This document shows, piece after piece, positions 27,230-41,427 of a stretch of DNA of 64,000 bases. The DNA is taken from positions 51,150,001 through 51,214,000 of the forward strand of contig OZ024748.1 of the NCBI GenBank assembly GCA_964016885.1, given 5' to 3'. The position numbers and the translations under genes are program-made. Under the pieces are notes generated by a model that saw only the letters and a program-made list of their open reading frames with translations, did no database searches and was not told where the DNA came from. The stretch is from Eledone cirrhosa. Its lineage: Eukaryota. Position 1 is the stretch's first letter; each line of letters begins with the position of its first letter.

Positions 27230-27999
27230 GCGTATTTGACAGCATATAGGATGTATTTTTTTGCCAAAAAAAATGTCCCTGGAAAGCACCCTTTATTATA
27301 CAAAGTCAAGGGTCAGTTACTATCTAGTGGATTTCTAATGCAGCGGTGGTTCCTAAATTAAACTGCAAACATCTCCACAAATATAAATATATGGTGATTT
27401 CTTCTACACTACCAATGCAGACCTGCCAACCTCTAAAAACCCAAACGGTGTGTACCATGAAAAAAGTGTCCCAAAATGGGGAGAAATGAGGCAAAATGGG
27501 GAGATATTACATAATGAAAGATATACCCATTTTCACAAGAGAAGACATCTCTCACCCACTCCAGTTTAATTGAAGGGCCACCGCTGTACTAGAAATCAAC
27601 TAGCCAACACCCCAAAGTGGGTTCGAGATCTTCCTGTCAGATGGGGAGAGTTGATAGGTCTGTCAATGGTAACTCTTTTGTAAGGTAACAATATATAACA
27701 CTTGTAATTACTGGTACTCCATATAAAATAACACTAGTCAGGAAGAAAATTAAGTGATGACACTTAACTACGATGTAGAGAATAAAATATATTTATTTTT
27801 ATGCTTCCTCATCTTTTAAAAATGGACTTAAATATTACAACTAGAATTACAATTTAGAATGATAATAAATTATACGATGTACAAACTTTATACCTTCACT
27901 GACATTCCTAGTTTAAACCCATTTATTTTTTGTTTGAATACCAGCCCAATTTGAGCTGTGTATTATAAGCCTATGCATCTTATAAGCTGTCAAATATGG
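27230..27999. mobile_element. Tc1/mariner (Tc2/pogo-like) MITE, TA-flanked, containing a nested 6-bp-TSD MITE
   Basis: TIRs ta-gcgtatttgacagcatataggatg / catcttataagctgtcaaatatgg-ta; interior homologous to 38997-39451. Confidence 0.7.
27418..27662 (+). mobile_element. MITE with CAGACCTGCCAAC TIRs and apparent 6-bp TSD (copy 1)
   Basis: cagacctgccaac ... gttgataggtctg; flanks ccaatg/tcaatg; homologous to 53641-53836 in reverse orientation. Confidence 0.8.
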
Positions 28000-28225
28000 T
28001 AAATGGTTCTACAATGATGTCGATATTTATATATGAGAGTCATTTTCCTCGATGTATTATTTGTCAAATTAAACCTAATACACAATATCAAATTTGGTAT
28101 GTTATAGGAATGAAGTGTTTAAATATTTTTGCAGATTTTCTGTCAACATCTCAAGAATCTTTCTCACTGGTTATTGATATGTGTATTATTTGTGAATAAA
28201 ACCACAATGATATAAACATCTATAC

Positions 28226-28544
28226 TAGTGGTTCCTAATCTTTTGTGCACCATATCCCACCTCAACATCTAAAAAATTGTTATGCCCCCTTTGATATGAA
28301 AACAGCGATGATCAACTGAAAAGTGTCAACAAATTGGTGTATATGTGGTGCCAGATGCACAATAACATGAGGGGAAAAAGTGAGACATGAGTTTCCGACA
28401 GTAATGTGTACCAAGGTTGCCTTGGTATAAAAATAATAAGGTTAAACCCGAAATGTATTCTCATTAACATCATTTTCAAATTGCCCTCTTTAAATATTCA
28501 ACTTGTCCCCTTGTGAGGCATGCAGCCTACCTTGGGAATCACTG
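28226..28544. mobile_element. Old hAT-type MITE
   Basis: TIRs tagtggttcctaa / ttgggaatcactg; flanks atctatac / attgatac (6/8 match). Confidence 0.6.
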
Positions 28545-29449
28545 ATTGATACCTTGCATGATATAAATATAATTAATACTTTTTATGTTCATATATATGG
28601 AAATTGAAAAACAAACATATCCTATACACAACCACAATCATGTTAAATCATAATACATTAATACAAATATAGGAAAAAAGTTAAAGGAGCTATAGTCTAA
28701 ATGATGAGTACATTGTAAAGATATTATGTACGAAATGTGATGTTGTATGGAAGAAAAACATTGGCTTTAAATGTAAACTAATGTGCATAATAAACTGATG
28801 GGACATATGAAGATAATGTAGTTGTTGAGTAGATGTTATATCATAGTAAAACTGACCATTCTCTCAAGTCATCTAGCAAAAGTATTAAATTTATTTAATT
28901 AGCAGCAACCAAATATCAAGGAGTGATGTTTAGACACACAGCAAATTAACCCTGCCACCCCCAAGTCATGAATGGTTTCTCTGAGAGGTTTCTACACAGT
29001 TTCTGTCTAACAAGCATTTTCTTCAAATTTACCACGATTAGTTGTACTGTATTTTTATGTTACACTCAATTGAATTTTTCATGTTGACATTTTGTCAGAT
29101 GGATATATTATGTTTATTAAATTTTGATAGAAGCCCTCATTCTACAACAATACCTCACCTACCTTGTACTCTTTTTATAGTACTAGAATTGTTTTCAACA
29201 TGCTGACGTGTGCATGTGTGTATGTGCACATGCATAAATGTATATGTATGAGTGTATAAATATAAATATGCAAACGCAAACACACAAAGATATACAGTCA
29301 CAAACATACATTCACACAAATACACATACATTTACACAAACACACCCATATATTAACACAAACACACACACATACATTTACACAGACACATTGTGTGATG
29401 GAAGTCACTAAAATTTATATATAGATTTAGTTTCGCATCTAATGATAAA

Positions 29450-30280
29450 TTTGTCACTAATTTGTCTTTGAGACCTTTTTGGGTGTCTGCTTATACCATT
29501 TCATTTCTGTTGATATTTCATAATGCTGGCATATGTTCCAGTATATGTAAACCTCAACTCTCTCATGCCTAAAAATATATTCTGTCATGGTTAAAACTGA
29601 ACAGCCAGATAACAATGGGCTTTAATTCTTTTCTCTCCCATCACCACATATTTGCAGGTACTTAATTTAGTCAGGATTTTGATGGTTGTCTGGTAAAAAA
29701 GCTTTGATTTTGTGCTGCAATTAAGTCTTAATCAGTTCCATCTTTGAGAGCCCAGAATGTTTTAGACATTGCTGTTAATCTTCCCTGTTCATTTCCTCAT
29801 ATTTCAACTTTTTAGAGTATTGTATGGGTTTTAATCACCTTTATATTATCTTGTCATTCTGTAGTGCGGTTTTTATGTTAGGTTATTGCACTATTTACAA
29901 TTTCTGCTGTTATTTCTTTTTTTTCTGCACAGTTATTTGTCATTTCTGCTTCCATTTTGCATTTGTTAGCTTTCTTGTAAAAGCAAATTTTGTTTTTTAC
30001 ATTTGTTTGTTGTAAGTAGGAGATATATGTATCAGCAATGGAAAGTCCAATGGAAAGTCCTTGGTCGAATCTGATGATCACCACTTTTTGTGTTTCATAG
30101 CTATTTGTTTTAGCTTTACATTATTTTTACTAGGTATATTTGTAGTCCCAAAGAGCATATTTTACAACAGTTTTCTAGCTGCTTTAAACCTTTAACCCCT
30201 TCCCTGTATTCATGGTAAACATAGTTTTCTACATTGGATTTTGGGTGATGTATTCAATGAACAACTGTTATGTTCTTGTT
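29450..30280 (-). pseudogene. Possible degenerate Penelope-like reverse transcriptase fragment
   Basis: Minus-strand pieces in the expected order: SNVEN/MFT (cf. SxDVxSLFT), QGLSIG..SIADTYISYLQ...KICFYK (cf. QxxGxxMGSPxxxxxAxxYMxxLE...FYxRYVDD), FTYTG (cf. LPYxG). The catalytic YVDD is not seen. Confidence 0.35.
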
Positions 30281-30397
30281 TTTCTGTCTGGTCTTCTTAG
30301 TTCAGTTTGTGTCCAGTTAAGAATACTTTAACTTATTACTGATCAGCTAGAGTACTTCTATTACTACTACCACCACCAACACTACCTTCTTTTTATT

Positions 30398-30948
30398 GAT
30401 AGTATCGGTAGAGGGTCAGACACCATGCTTTGATGCATAGAGTTATGGTCCTTGCTATTCTGAGTTCAATTCCTGCCAAGGTTAACTTTGACTTTCATCC
30501 TTAAGGGATCGATAAAATAAAGTACCAGTAATGCACTGGGAAATTGATGGCCTTGTGCCAAAAGTAGAAACAATTATTATTATTATTTTTATTAATTCAG
30601 CTGAGGTTGGCTTTGCCTTTCATTGTTATGGGTTCAATAAAACAAAGTACCAGTAACTTACTGGGGTTGATTTAATCGACTTTTCCCTCCCCAAAAATTG
30701 TTGGCCTTGTAACTAAATCAGAAATTGTTATTATTATCATTATTACCACTACTATATCAAGGCGGTGGGTTGGCAGTATCGGTAGAGGGTCAGACACCAT
30801 GCTTTGACGCATAGAGTTATGGTCCTTGCCATTCTGAGTTGAAATCCCATCGAGGTTTACTTTGCCTTTCATCCTTATGAGGTCGATAAAATAAAGTACC
30901 AGTAATGCACTTATTAATTGCTGGCCTTGTGCCAAAAGTAGAAACAAT
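30398..30948 (+). mobile_element. Three SINE family M copies in tandem (30398-30572, ~30598-30724, 30760-30946)
   Basis: Repeated Meta-like domain and ggccttgt...gaaa-(att)n ends. Confidence 0.85.
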
Positions 30949-31544
30949 TATTACTACTACTATTACTACTGCTTTTTACATTTCAAGCTCTCTATGTTTT
31001 CAGCCGTGCCTTAACTCTGGAAATTTGATGTAGATTTGGTTGCTTTTTCTAGCAGATTAATCACCCATGTAGAGGCTAGACAACTAATTATATGACTAGG
31101 TGGAATTAAAAAGTTCAGTGCTTCTGAAATATTATACCATGGGAAAATTAAAGTGTACATTGGGTATTGAAACTAAGATTTAGCTGCATATATAATGGCA
31201 GGTTATATAGATGTCTTCTCATTTTGTATTTTATATATTTTGAACTTGATATATTTTGACAGTGATCAAGTAACACATACTGTATTGTGGGGCATTTTAT
31301 TTGCAGATATAAGACAAAAACAGAAAAAGACGAAATTGAAAAGTTCCTATATTAAGATATTTGTAGCACACGATAGGACCCTTCAGACATTGATTGTAAA
31401 TTTGATCCAAGGATTGAAATCATACTGACAGCTTTAAAATCCAAATGTAAAATCTTATCAATGTTAACATAACTTTTTATTCCCTGTTATAAGATATTAA
31501 AGTTAACTTCAGCAAATAAATATATATGTACATACATATATAAT

Positions 31545-31545
31545 G

Positions 31546-31623
<78 letters not shown>

Positions 31624-31848
31624 TATATATACATATGTGTATATGACTATATATACATATATTTATTGAGTATATATACATATATATATATATGTATATA
31701 TATATATGCATATGAGTATATATACGTATATATATCATCATCATCATCATCATCTATATATATATATATATGCATATATATATATATATATATATGCATA
31801 TATGCATATATATATATCCATATATGCATATATATATCCATATATGCA

Positions 31849-31915
<67 letters not shown>

Positions 31916-31922
31916 CCATGTA

Positions 31923-31961
<39 letters not shown>

Positions 31962-31966
31962 ATGTA

Positions 31967-32006
<40 letters not shown>

Positions 32007-32011
32007 TATGC

Positions 32012-32048
<37 letters not shown>

Positions 32049-32252
32049 TATGCATATACATATATATACATATACATATATATACATACATATGTATATA
32101 TACATATGTATACATATATGCATATATATAGAGAGAGAGTGAGAGGGGGAGAGAGGGAGAGAGAGAGGGGGAGAAAGAGGGGAGAGGGGGAAGAGGGGGG
32201 ATAGACGGGGAGGGGGAGATGGGGAAGAGGGGAGAGAGATGGGGAGAGAGAG

Positions 32253-32303
<51 letters not shown>

Positions 32304-32320
32304 TGTATATTTATGCAGGT
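31545..32320. repeat. (TA)n/(TATGCA)n compound tract followed by a polypurine G/A tract (32128-32256)
   Basis: Direct inspection. Confidence 0.85.
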
Positions 32321-32994
32321 ATATATAAATGTGAATAAACTCACAGAAACACACTTCCTTATATACATCTCACTATACATATAAATATATATATATATAT
32401 ATAGTACATAGATATTCATAGAGAGAGTAAGAAAAAGAAACTATATAACATTTAACTACATATATTACATGGGTATAGACACATACAAACAAAGAGAAAA
32501 TATATACACATAGATTATGAAAAAGGAAGTAAAATGAAAAGCACTTAAATAAATAGAAACCATCTTCGTGGTTTTCCTTATTACAAGACTTTTTTCATCA
32601 GAAGCAATGCTTTTTTTTTAGAAATATATATTACATAGTATTGTCACTATTATTATCATTATTATTATTATTATTATTATTATTACTAGTAGTAGTATCA
32701 TTATTGGTATTATTTTTATTAACTATTAAGGCATTGATTTTTTTTCACTTTACCTTAACTTTTGGATTAGCTAAAAAAAAAGAAGATAAAAAAATAAGTG
32801 AGAAAGAAAAGAATATTGTCAACTATTCCTGTATATTAAATCCACCAAAGAAATTTCATATTCTACGTTAGAACTTGAAGATCGCTTTTAAGTAAGCTCA
32901 TTTTTTCTTCTTTTTTTTTGGTATATATGTGTGTTTAATACATGTGTATATATTTATGACTGGGTATGTGTGCGCATATGTGTGTGTTTATTTA

Positions 32995-33051
<57 letters not shown>

Positions 33052-33238
33052 CTATGTGTGTATATGTATAAATATATATATATAGCTATGTGTGCGTGTG
33101 TGTGTGTGTCCCTTTTCTTTTATATCACAAGCTGAAGCATCAGTAAACAATGAAGGGTTATATGGGTAGACATGAAAGATTTCTCAAAGAACTTGCATAT
33201 ATTCAGACCTTTGCTCCAAGGTGGTAACCTTTATATAC

Positions 33239-33282
<44 letters not shown>

Positions 33283-33316
33283 ATATATATATATAATATA
33301 TCTATATATATATATT

Positions 33317-33350
<34 letters not shown>

Positions 33351-33801
33351 TAGAGATATAGATATATGTATATTTGTTTATTTTTTGTTTTCTTTTTACC
33401 TTTTTTTTTCTTTTTCATCTTCCTATTTTTTTAGTTGTGGAATCGGTTGTACTGATGTAGATGGGGATAGAAATGGGGTTACAGTACCACTACCTCTCTC
33501 CTTAAAGTAATAAATAAATAAATATGAATAATAAACAAAAAAGAAAATGAAAAGCTAAATACCAGCAAAAAATGCGAAAAAAAGTAACACTTTTCGACAA
33601 CCAAACCATCACAAAAAAAGTGAATAAATAAAATAAAATAAATTATTAAAAATATCAGCAATGATATAGTGTATATATATATGTGTGTGTGTGTGTGTGT
33701 ATATACATGAATGCATATATTAATACATACCCATTATATATATATGTATGCATACACACACACAAATATATATATATATAGTATATGTATATATATATAT
33801 G

Positions 33802-33905
<104 letters not shown>

Positions 33906-35599
33906 CAAAGTAGAGGTGGGGGACAGAACAACCACAACAAAACAAAAACAAAACAAAAAAGAGAACAACAAGACCAGTGACTAAAAAGCATCTCTCCCTT
34001 GCAACTTTCCAATTATTACTTAAAAGGAATATTTTAGGAAGTGCTTTTACTCAGCATTGTATAAACCATTTTAATGTCTACTTTTTTAGATTCTGTTCAA
34101 CTGTGGCAAAAAGTCTTTTTTTTTTAGGTATGTGTATGTCTATACATGTATATGCATGTGTGTTGGTGTGCTGTATTTTTCTTTGATTTTTACTTATATT
34201 TAATTTTATCATTTTCAAATTTTATTTATTTATTCATTTAATATTATTTGTGTGTTTTGTGCTTTTCAAATAATAAAGTTTTGTAAGAAACTGCTTGATT
34301 CTTGTGCAATATACTCGGTAATTCTTCTGTCAATTTCTCTGCTATTATATATATATATATGTATGTATGTATGTTTATATATATAAATTAAAAATAGAAA
34401 TGATAATATTCATATTGATGATAATGATGCTACTACTAGTATTTTTAATAATAATAATAATAATAGTAGTAATAGTAATAATAATAATAATAATAGTGAT
34501 AATAAAAATAATAACATTATTATTAATATTAATAAAAATAACAATAATGATGATGAAGCAGGCAGATGCCAATGATATTAATCCAAAGAAGAATAAACGT
34601 CATAATGACAACAACAATAACAACAACACCGGCAATAATAATGAGTTTGAACATATCTCAAAGCTAGATGAAAAGATTTAAAGAAAAGGTAAATTTAACA
34701 TAATAATAATAATAATAATAACAACAATAATAATAATAAATTATAATAAATATTAAGGAAATTCAGATGAAAATGAGGAGAAAATGCCTATATCCGGGCA
34801 TTTTGAATAATTTTACTACTTTGTTATTTTTTTCCGCTATTTCCTTTATATCAAATAACTTTCATAAAGTAGGTTCTCATTTTTTTTTGCAGGCTGCATA
34901 TATGCATGTATGTAATTTTTTTTTATAAGTATACATATGCATATATAAATATATATACACATATATATAATATATTGCTACATATTTATGTATGTACTCT
35001 TTCTTAAATGTTTTATGAAACAGGAATAGATGTGGGTTAGAAATACTGATTAAAAAGCTTTGAACATTCAGGTTACCTCAACAAATCTGTTCCTCAAAGA
35101 AAAAATATTTAAAAATTAAATCAATAAAAAGAGAAAAGAAATAAGATTTAATGTAGAAGAATTATTTTTGTAACTAGCATACTTGTGCCGTCAAAAATGA
35201 TAGCCTCTCCAATCCAACATTTTTTTCAGGTTTAGAAAAATATTCTTCATACCAATAAAAACATAAAATTTGCCTTTTTATTTTTCTTTAATTGTAATGT
35301 ATGTTCGGATCAAGGAGATGATGGAACCTCTACATGTTAGCTCGTCCTGTTAGGAAAAGAGAAGCAGTTAAATCTCTATCCATTAAAATACACTCTACTC
35401 ATCTAGAAATGGATGGACATATTGTAAAATATATTCATATATAACCAAAGCCTGAAAAAAGAAGGTGAGGGGGGTCATGGTTGGAATGCTTTTTATCCTG
35501 GATCTTCTCAGCCAGGATGCCCTGGGACCTCTCCAAAACAATGGCAATATGAACACAGAATTATGAAATATACGAGAGAAATGTAGAACCAACCACTCC

Positions 35600-36220
35600 A
35601 CAACCAATAGCCCATAATGACTGACATTGAAGAAGTAGACAAAAGTGAAACTAAACAATGGCTTAACATTTTCAAACTTAAAGCAGAAACAGAAGGATCG
35701 ATTTTTGCTGTACATGACCAAAGGGTTGGGAAGACCCCTCAGTCATGTCAGGGAGATGACAACTTTCCTAGTGTTGGTGATCACATGATAAATGCACCCA
35801 GTATACACTGTAAAGTGGTTGATGATACAAAAGGCATCCAGACATAGAAATCTTGCCAAACAAAGGATTGCGAGGACCCTCAGTTGTGTGAAAATATGAC
35901 ACGTCTCCTGTGCACTCAGTTGAACATGATATCATAAATAAGCAAGACACAGACCACTGACATCTGGGAGGTCAGTAACTCTGCTTCAGTACTGACTTGA
36001 TCTATATAGACCTGTCCAACCCTTGCTAGCAGAGAAGGAGAATGTTAAAACGATGACGATGATGATGACAAATGTTTGGTCACAAGCAAGTTTCAGAACA
36101 AAGTAATGAAAGCAGATCATAACACCAAATACTAAATATGCAACTCTCACAACATAATATTTGACCATGCCATTGCTGGTGGTCCAGACATCACTAAGTT
36201 AGAATATATTCACAGACATT
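35600..36220 (+). pseudogene. Degenerate R4/Dong-like (restriction-endonuclease-type) LINE fragment, split by an insertion at ~35722-36068
   Basis: DKSETKQWL....LKAETEGSIFAVHDQ then, after the insertion, CLVTSKFQNKVMK....TKY*IC......FDHAIAGGPDITKLEYIHRH. This matches the R4/Dong pattern WL..xxLKxETEGxIxAxQDQxLxTxxY...CRxC...ETIxHIxxGCxxL...EYxxRH. Confidence 0.65.
35722..36068 (+). mobile_element. Old SINE/RTE-tail element inserted in the R4/Dong fragment
   Basis: Contains gcacccagtatacactgtaaagtggtt...ggcatccag and tail ccttgctagc...gttaaaacgatgacgatgatgatg. Confidence 0.6.
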
Positions 36221-36399
36221 TCCCAACGAGTAAAACATGAGGAGGAATGTGATGTACTTCTTATACCAAGGACTGACTCTGATAAAAAAGACAGTGGGAG
36301 CACCCATATTCTCTTGAAAGAGAAGTTAAAGGAGACCCTTTCTGATGTATTGCTGAAGATGTATTCCATCAATTAGTGTCGGGTTTATGGAAACATGTG

Positions 36400-36800
36400 T
36401 CTAGGTTGTTATTCTTAGTATGAGGTAAGGAAACTGGAATGTCTGTTGCACTTCGCTCCTGCCAATATGTTTGGGTCACAATACTCAGGCCTCAGAAACA
36501 CTATGATAATGTACAAATTATTTGACCTGTGTGTTGATTTTTGGGCAATCACCTTTGCAGAAGAGTATATATATGACTTGCAACAGTATATGGTCAGGTG
36601 TGATTTGTAGGGACAACTAACAGCCTATTGACTAGTAAAATCTACAAAGGTATCCTAGAGTTGTATAGGAGGGAATGGGGAGAAGATCAATCAGACTAGT
36701 GATGCAGGATAGAAGGCCCAGTTTCTACATATATGGTATGAAAGGCACTCTGAGGAAGTTCAGCAAAGGAAATGAAAAGCAGAAGAAAAACCTGGTAGTG
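36400..36800 (+). pseudogene. Possible decayed LINE ORF1 (zinc-knuckle region)
   Basis: IRLVMQDRRPSFYIYGMKG resembles the VxVEGRRPxCxxCxxxGH pre-knuckle motif of L1/Tx1-type ORF1. A weaker similar stretch lies at ~40740-40810. Confidence 0.3.
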
Positions 36801-36965
36801 AATGCCAACAGAAGCAATTGCAAAAACAATAGCAGACCCCCATATATGAAGATGATGGCTGCTTCTAACCATCGGTCGCAATTCTGAAAGTGCTCAAATC
36901 AAAAGCAGTGAAATCATTTCATTTGCAGTGCATCCAGTACCAAGGGCTGATTCTGATAAATAATC

Positions 36966-37328
36966 ATGGCTTAGTGGTTAGAGCATTGGGCTTGCAATCG
37001 AAAGGTTGTGAGTTCAATTCTCAGACCGGGTGATGTGTTGTTTCCTTGAGCAAGACACTTTATTTCACATTGCTCCAGTTTACTCAGCTGTAGAAATGAG
37101 ATGATAGGGACTGGGGTCCCTATCATTCCACTGCAAAGTGGTCGTGGAGGTGCCACGGCAAAAAAGCACCCAGCCCACACTGTAAACTGGACGTATAGAT
37201 ACCCAGCACTCACTGTAAATGAGGTTGGTGTTAGGATGGGGCATCCCGCTGTAGAAATCAAGCCAAAATCAGTTCCCATCCCACTCATGCAAGCAGGGAA
37301 AAGTGGACGTAAAATGATGATGATGATA
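36966..37328 (+). mobile_element. CORE-SINE with RTE-type tail
   Basis: Head ggcttagtggttagagcattgggcttgcaatcgaaaggttgtgagttcaattctc, CORE, tail gcaagcagggaaaagtggacgtaaaatgatgatg. Confidence 0.88.
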
Positions 37329-38190
37329 TCTGCTCTAGCAGAATGTTGATCACCTCCAATAGTTTGATGTGATGGAGTAAATATAAGAAATTACCAGGAA
37401 GAGAATAACAAGCAACAAAAAAGAAAAACAAGTGGCTGGAAATCTCTCAAAGAATGACAGCATCCTCAAAAATGACCTGAATTTTACAGTGCCCTTCTAA
37501 AAACGGATTTCGTTTTAGAGATTTGGGACTCTGATTCTATGTGAGTGACTATATTCTAAACACGACCAGATAGGTTTGCATTTTTTTTTCTATTTTGGTG
37601 TACCATATTTTGAGAGGGCTTGTTCCATACTTGCAGCTTTTCTTAATATATTGCATTAACAATTTTGCTTCATCTCCCATTTATTATGTAAAATTCCCAT
37701 CTGTTTCCTAAATCCTATTATATGTCATGTTCTGATTGTATTGTATCTCATGGCCCCCCTCTGGCCAATCATTAAAAAAATGGATTATCATTATTATAGT
37801 TATTCATTTTTCTAAGTATGATTTACTTAACATTGTTGCAATCATTTTTTTTTTCAAAGTTGTCTGTTATATTTTTTTAGTGTTATTTGTCTAATTTATG
37901 AAATTAATTGGACATGTTTGTTTTATAAAAGGACTGCTTACAGTCAGTTGGAAAAAAACGGAATATATATATATATATACGTGTGTGTGTGTGTGTGTGT
38001 TTATATATAATGTAATATACACAATATATGTGTATATATATATAATGTAATAAACACAATATATATGTATATATATATTGTGTATATTACATTATATATA
38101 TATATATGCCATTTCATTTTATAATTGTTTTTTACATCAGTGTATCTCGTTATATGATAAAGTAAGCCAGAACATCACATTATTAATTGG

Positions 38191-38279
38191 AGAAGAAGAA
38201 GAAGAAGAAGAAGAAGAAGAAGAAGAAGAAGAAGAAGAAGAAGAAGAAGAAGAAGAAGAAGAAGAAGAAGAAGAAGAAG

Positions 38280-38308
<29 letters not shown>
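38191..38308. repeat. Pure (GAA)n, ~39 units
   Basis: Direct inspection; source of the poly-E ORF. Confidence 0.97.
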
Positions 38309-38310
<2 letters not shown>

Positions 38311-38996
38311 TTTATTTGAAACATGTAAGAACTATAATCATCATTGAATAAGTAAATATCAGAAAGAAGTCATAAAATTCAAATAAGTAAGTTCTTTAAA
38401 AAATATAAATAAGTAAATAATTATAATTATCAAAATTTTGGAATCTGTATCAGAAAAAATCTCTCTCCAAAATCGCAAGAATAAAATAATAAAACAGAAT
38501 AAAGTGAAAATGCTATTCTGTAAAAGAAAAAAAAACTGCAAAATGTTAAACTTTGAAAGTCTTATTAATCTGATAATAACAACTAGGCTTTACTGACATA
38601 GCTAAAATATGAATCTATCAAAACTGTATTTCTCATTCTTTCAATATAAAATATAAAACTTTACCAAAGAATGAATTCAATCTACTGGCAGAAAAATCCA
38701 ACAGCCAATTATTTTTCTAGAAATTTCTTTCTATCATTAACTGATTGGGCCTCAAATACTAATCTATTTCATTATTTTTTAAAGAAATAAATATTAACCC
38801 AGCTGGGACTTAACTCTGAAGCGTTATATATTAATCTTTCTCTTTTATTTCTAAATCACAAAATACAAGTTTAATAATGCTTATATCTAAGACCTCATTT
38901 ATACACTTTCTATTCATATAGAGTTCCAAACCACAAGCAATAAATAGCCCAGAGAGGCTCATCATTGAGGCCTCATTTACTCATCTTTTTTTATTA

Positions 38997-39451
38997 CCAT
39001 ATTTGACAGCTTATGAAATGCAATTTCTTTCTTAAAATGTCCTAGAACACACCCTGCATATTATAAGATTAAAGATCAGTTTGAGTTACTAGCTAAAGGA
39101 GTTCTAGTACGGCCATGACCCTTAAATTATACTGCAAACATCTCTGCAAATGTAAACAATGTGACGATTGCTTTTACATTAGAACATTCATTTATTTTAT
39201 GATGAATAAAGTGAATTTATTTTCACTTTCTTTTGTTTTAAAAATGTACTAAATATTTCAACAAAAATATTTATTGTAGAGAATAAAGTAAATGTATTTT
39301 CACATTTCCTTATGTTTTAAAGATGTACTAAAATATTACAACTCAGACTACGATGTAGAATGATAATAAAAACATATGTTGTATAATCTTTATATCCATT
39401 TTTTTAATGCCTGCCCAAATTGATGTGCATCTTATAAGCCATCAAATATGG
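38997..39451. mobile_element. Tc1/mariner (Tc2/pogo-like) MITE, TA-flanked
   Basis: ta-ccatatttgacagcttatgaaatgca ... tgcatcttataagccatcaaatatgg-ta. Confidence 0.8.
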
Positions 39452-41427
39452 TATATATTTTCAAATTACAAAGAACAATGTTTCACCATGTTGGGTAGAG
39501 AAAGATTTGTTTTTTGATGTTTTAACTGTTAACATAGTTTTGGCAAATAACCATTTGCAATATTTACCCACACTGTAAGAATGCCACCTCAGAATTAACA
39601 GATGAGCTGCTCTCTACAAGGACAGTAGCCTCAATAAAGATGCCAGTTTTTTTTGTTTTTTTTTTTTTTTCAAAGAAAAACTGAATTCAAAATAAAGTCA
39701 ATAAAAATTTCAAACATATAGAGAGTCCTTAAAACTTAAATATTCACCCTTATACAATAGAAGACAAAAAAGTGCTGTTGAAAATATTAGTGGATGAAAC
39801 TCTGGCTGGATGTGTAACTGGATGTATGCTCTATCAAACAGGACAGGACATATGTAATTATGTACCTAGCTTTCCAGACTAAAGAGACTGCAACAGACTC
39901 TTGCACACATAAAGATGTTGATCCTGACATTGATAAAGGAAATTTGCCTGCATCAGATACCAACCCTCTTGAGTTAATGAATTTTTATCTTAAACATTTA
40001 CCACGCTGCTTCATCACTTCTAACACATTCTCAAATCCACTAGACTCTATCCATATCTACATTGATGATTTTACGCTTGGATTATCTGATTACCCAATAG
40101 TCAAACATTCGCGGCATTAACTCACAGTTTAATCCATGATGCTGGGAAGCAGTATGTTCTGTTATGATGGAATACATCCTAGAATGGAAATATAACCTCA
40201 AATAATAACTGCTAGGAACCTCACAAATTTAACGCACCGAAACATACGAGAAGAGCAAGAGAAATAAATAAAAACAAATGGAAACATAAAACAAAACAAA
40301 ACCAACCACCAATTCACTGCCAAATAATTTGAATCGGATTAGACAGAGAGAAAAAAAAGACAAAAAAAAAAGAGAATATATTTATTTGCCGTTGTGCTGC
40401 CAACTGAAGCTGAAAGCCACTGACCTGCATCTCTGGTCAAGAAGGCGACAGCAACAGGATAATAACATCAACCCCGCATCTTCGGTAAAAGAAGGCACTC
40501 AAGCCTCAGCATACTGCCTGGCAGCCTGAATTGGTAGCAGTTTCATCTACCACCACCATGTACATGGATTTCAGAAATGCACAGATATTGGTTATGCTGA
40601 TCTTCTGTGAGTCATTCTTTTTGTACCATCGTATGAACAAGACATAAATGTGGCGATGACTTACAATATATGCTCTGGTGAACTCTATATGGATTATAAG
40701 ATCATAATGAGTCTCAAAGACTGCAAGGATATCCTGGACCTGTGCCCACCCTAGTGATTGAACGAAGATGTTGTTGCTCAGGCTGTCAGTGCAAGGCCTA
40801 TGAGCTACACACGAAGTAATAAAGAATACTCAAGAACATTCTGCTCAGAAGAAGAGGAAAATAAAAGAAAATGTGGTAGATTAGAGGCAACAGCAAGTAA
40901 CAAGATGTAAAAATCACAACAGAATCTACAGTTATTTCAAGTGTTCCTGTAATCACAGCTTCAGTAATAACCAGAGAGGGAGATAATAAAGCCATCTCAT
41001 TTTCCATTTTCACAGTACAAGCAGTGAAGTCAGATGATGAGTTAATGTAGCACAGATCTGAGGCATCTCTCCCTTCAGTACAGAACTGCCCAGTGGTTAT
41101 AAGCAGCATACATACCCTTGTCTGCCCTCCATTATAAAATTGTGGCTATAAAATGATAGAGACTGGGGAGAGATGGGAAAACTGGCAATAAAAGATTGAG
41201 ATGTAATGCAATCACCTGTTTCTTGGATTCTTTTAACAGAATTCACTATGAACAAGAAGTTGGAGAAGTTCTCCTTAGATTATTTCCTTCCTTCTTCATA
41301 GCAGTCTCACAGGTAATGAAAAAGGTCCTAAGGATTTACATCTTTGACCATACCATTTAAAATATTCTAGCCATAACTATTTGACAGTTATAAATATTGA
41401 GGCCTATATTATCTAATGTGTGTTCTC

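Noticed and set aside
36966-37030. tRNA gene (also 15375-15440 and the family M heads)
   Set aside because: A/B boxes are present but there is no proper acceptor stem, and the sequence continues into the SINE body in multiple copies.
38078-38347. Poly-glutamate protein exon
   Set aside because: (GAA)n microsatellite with non-coding AT-rich flanks.
39860-40120. 86-aa ORF with ordinary composition
   Set aside because: No recognisable motif or convincing splice context; more likely decayed transposon sequence. A host exon cannot be excluded without RNA-seq.
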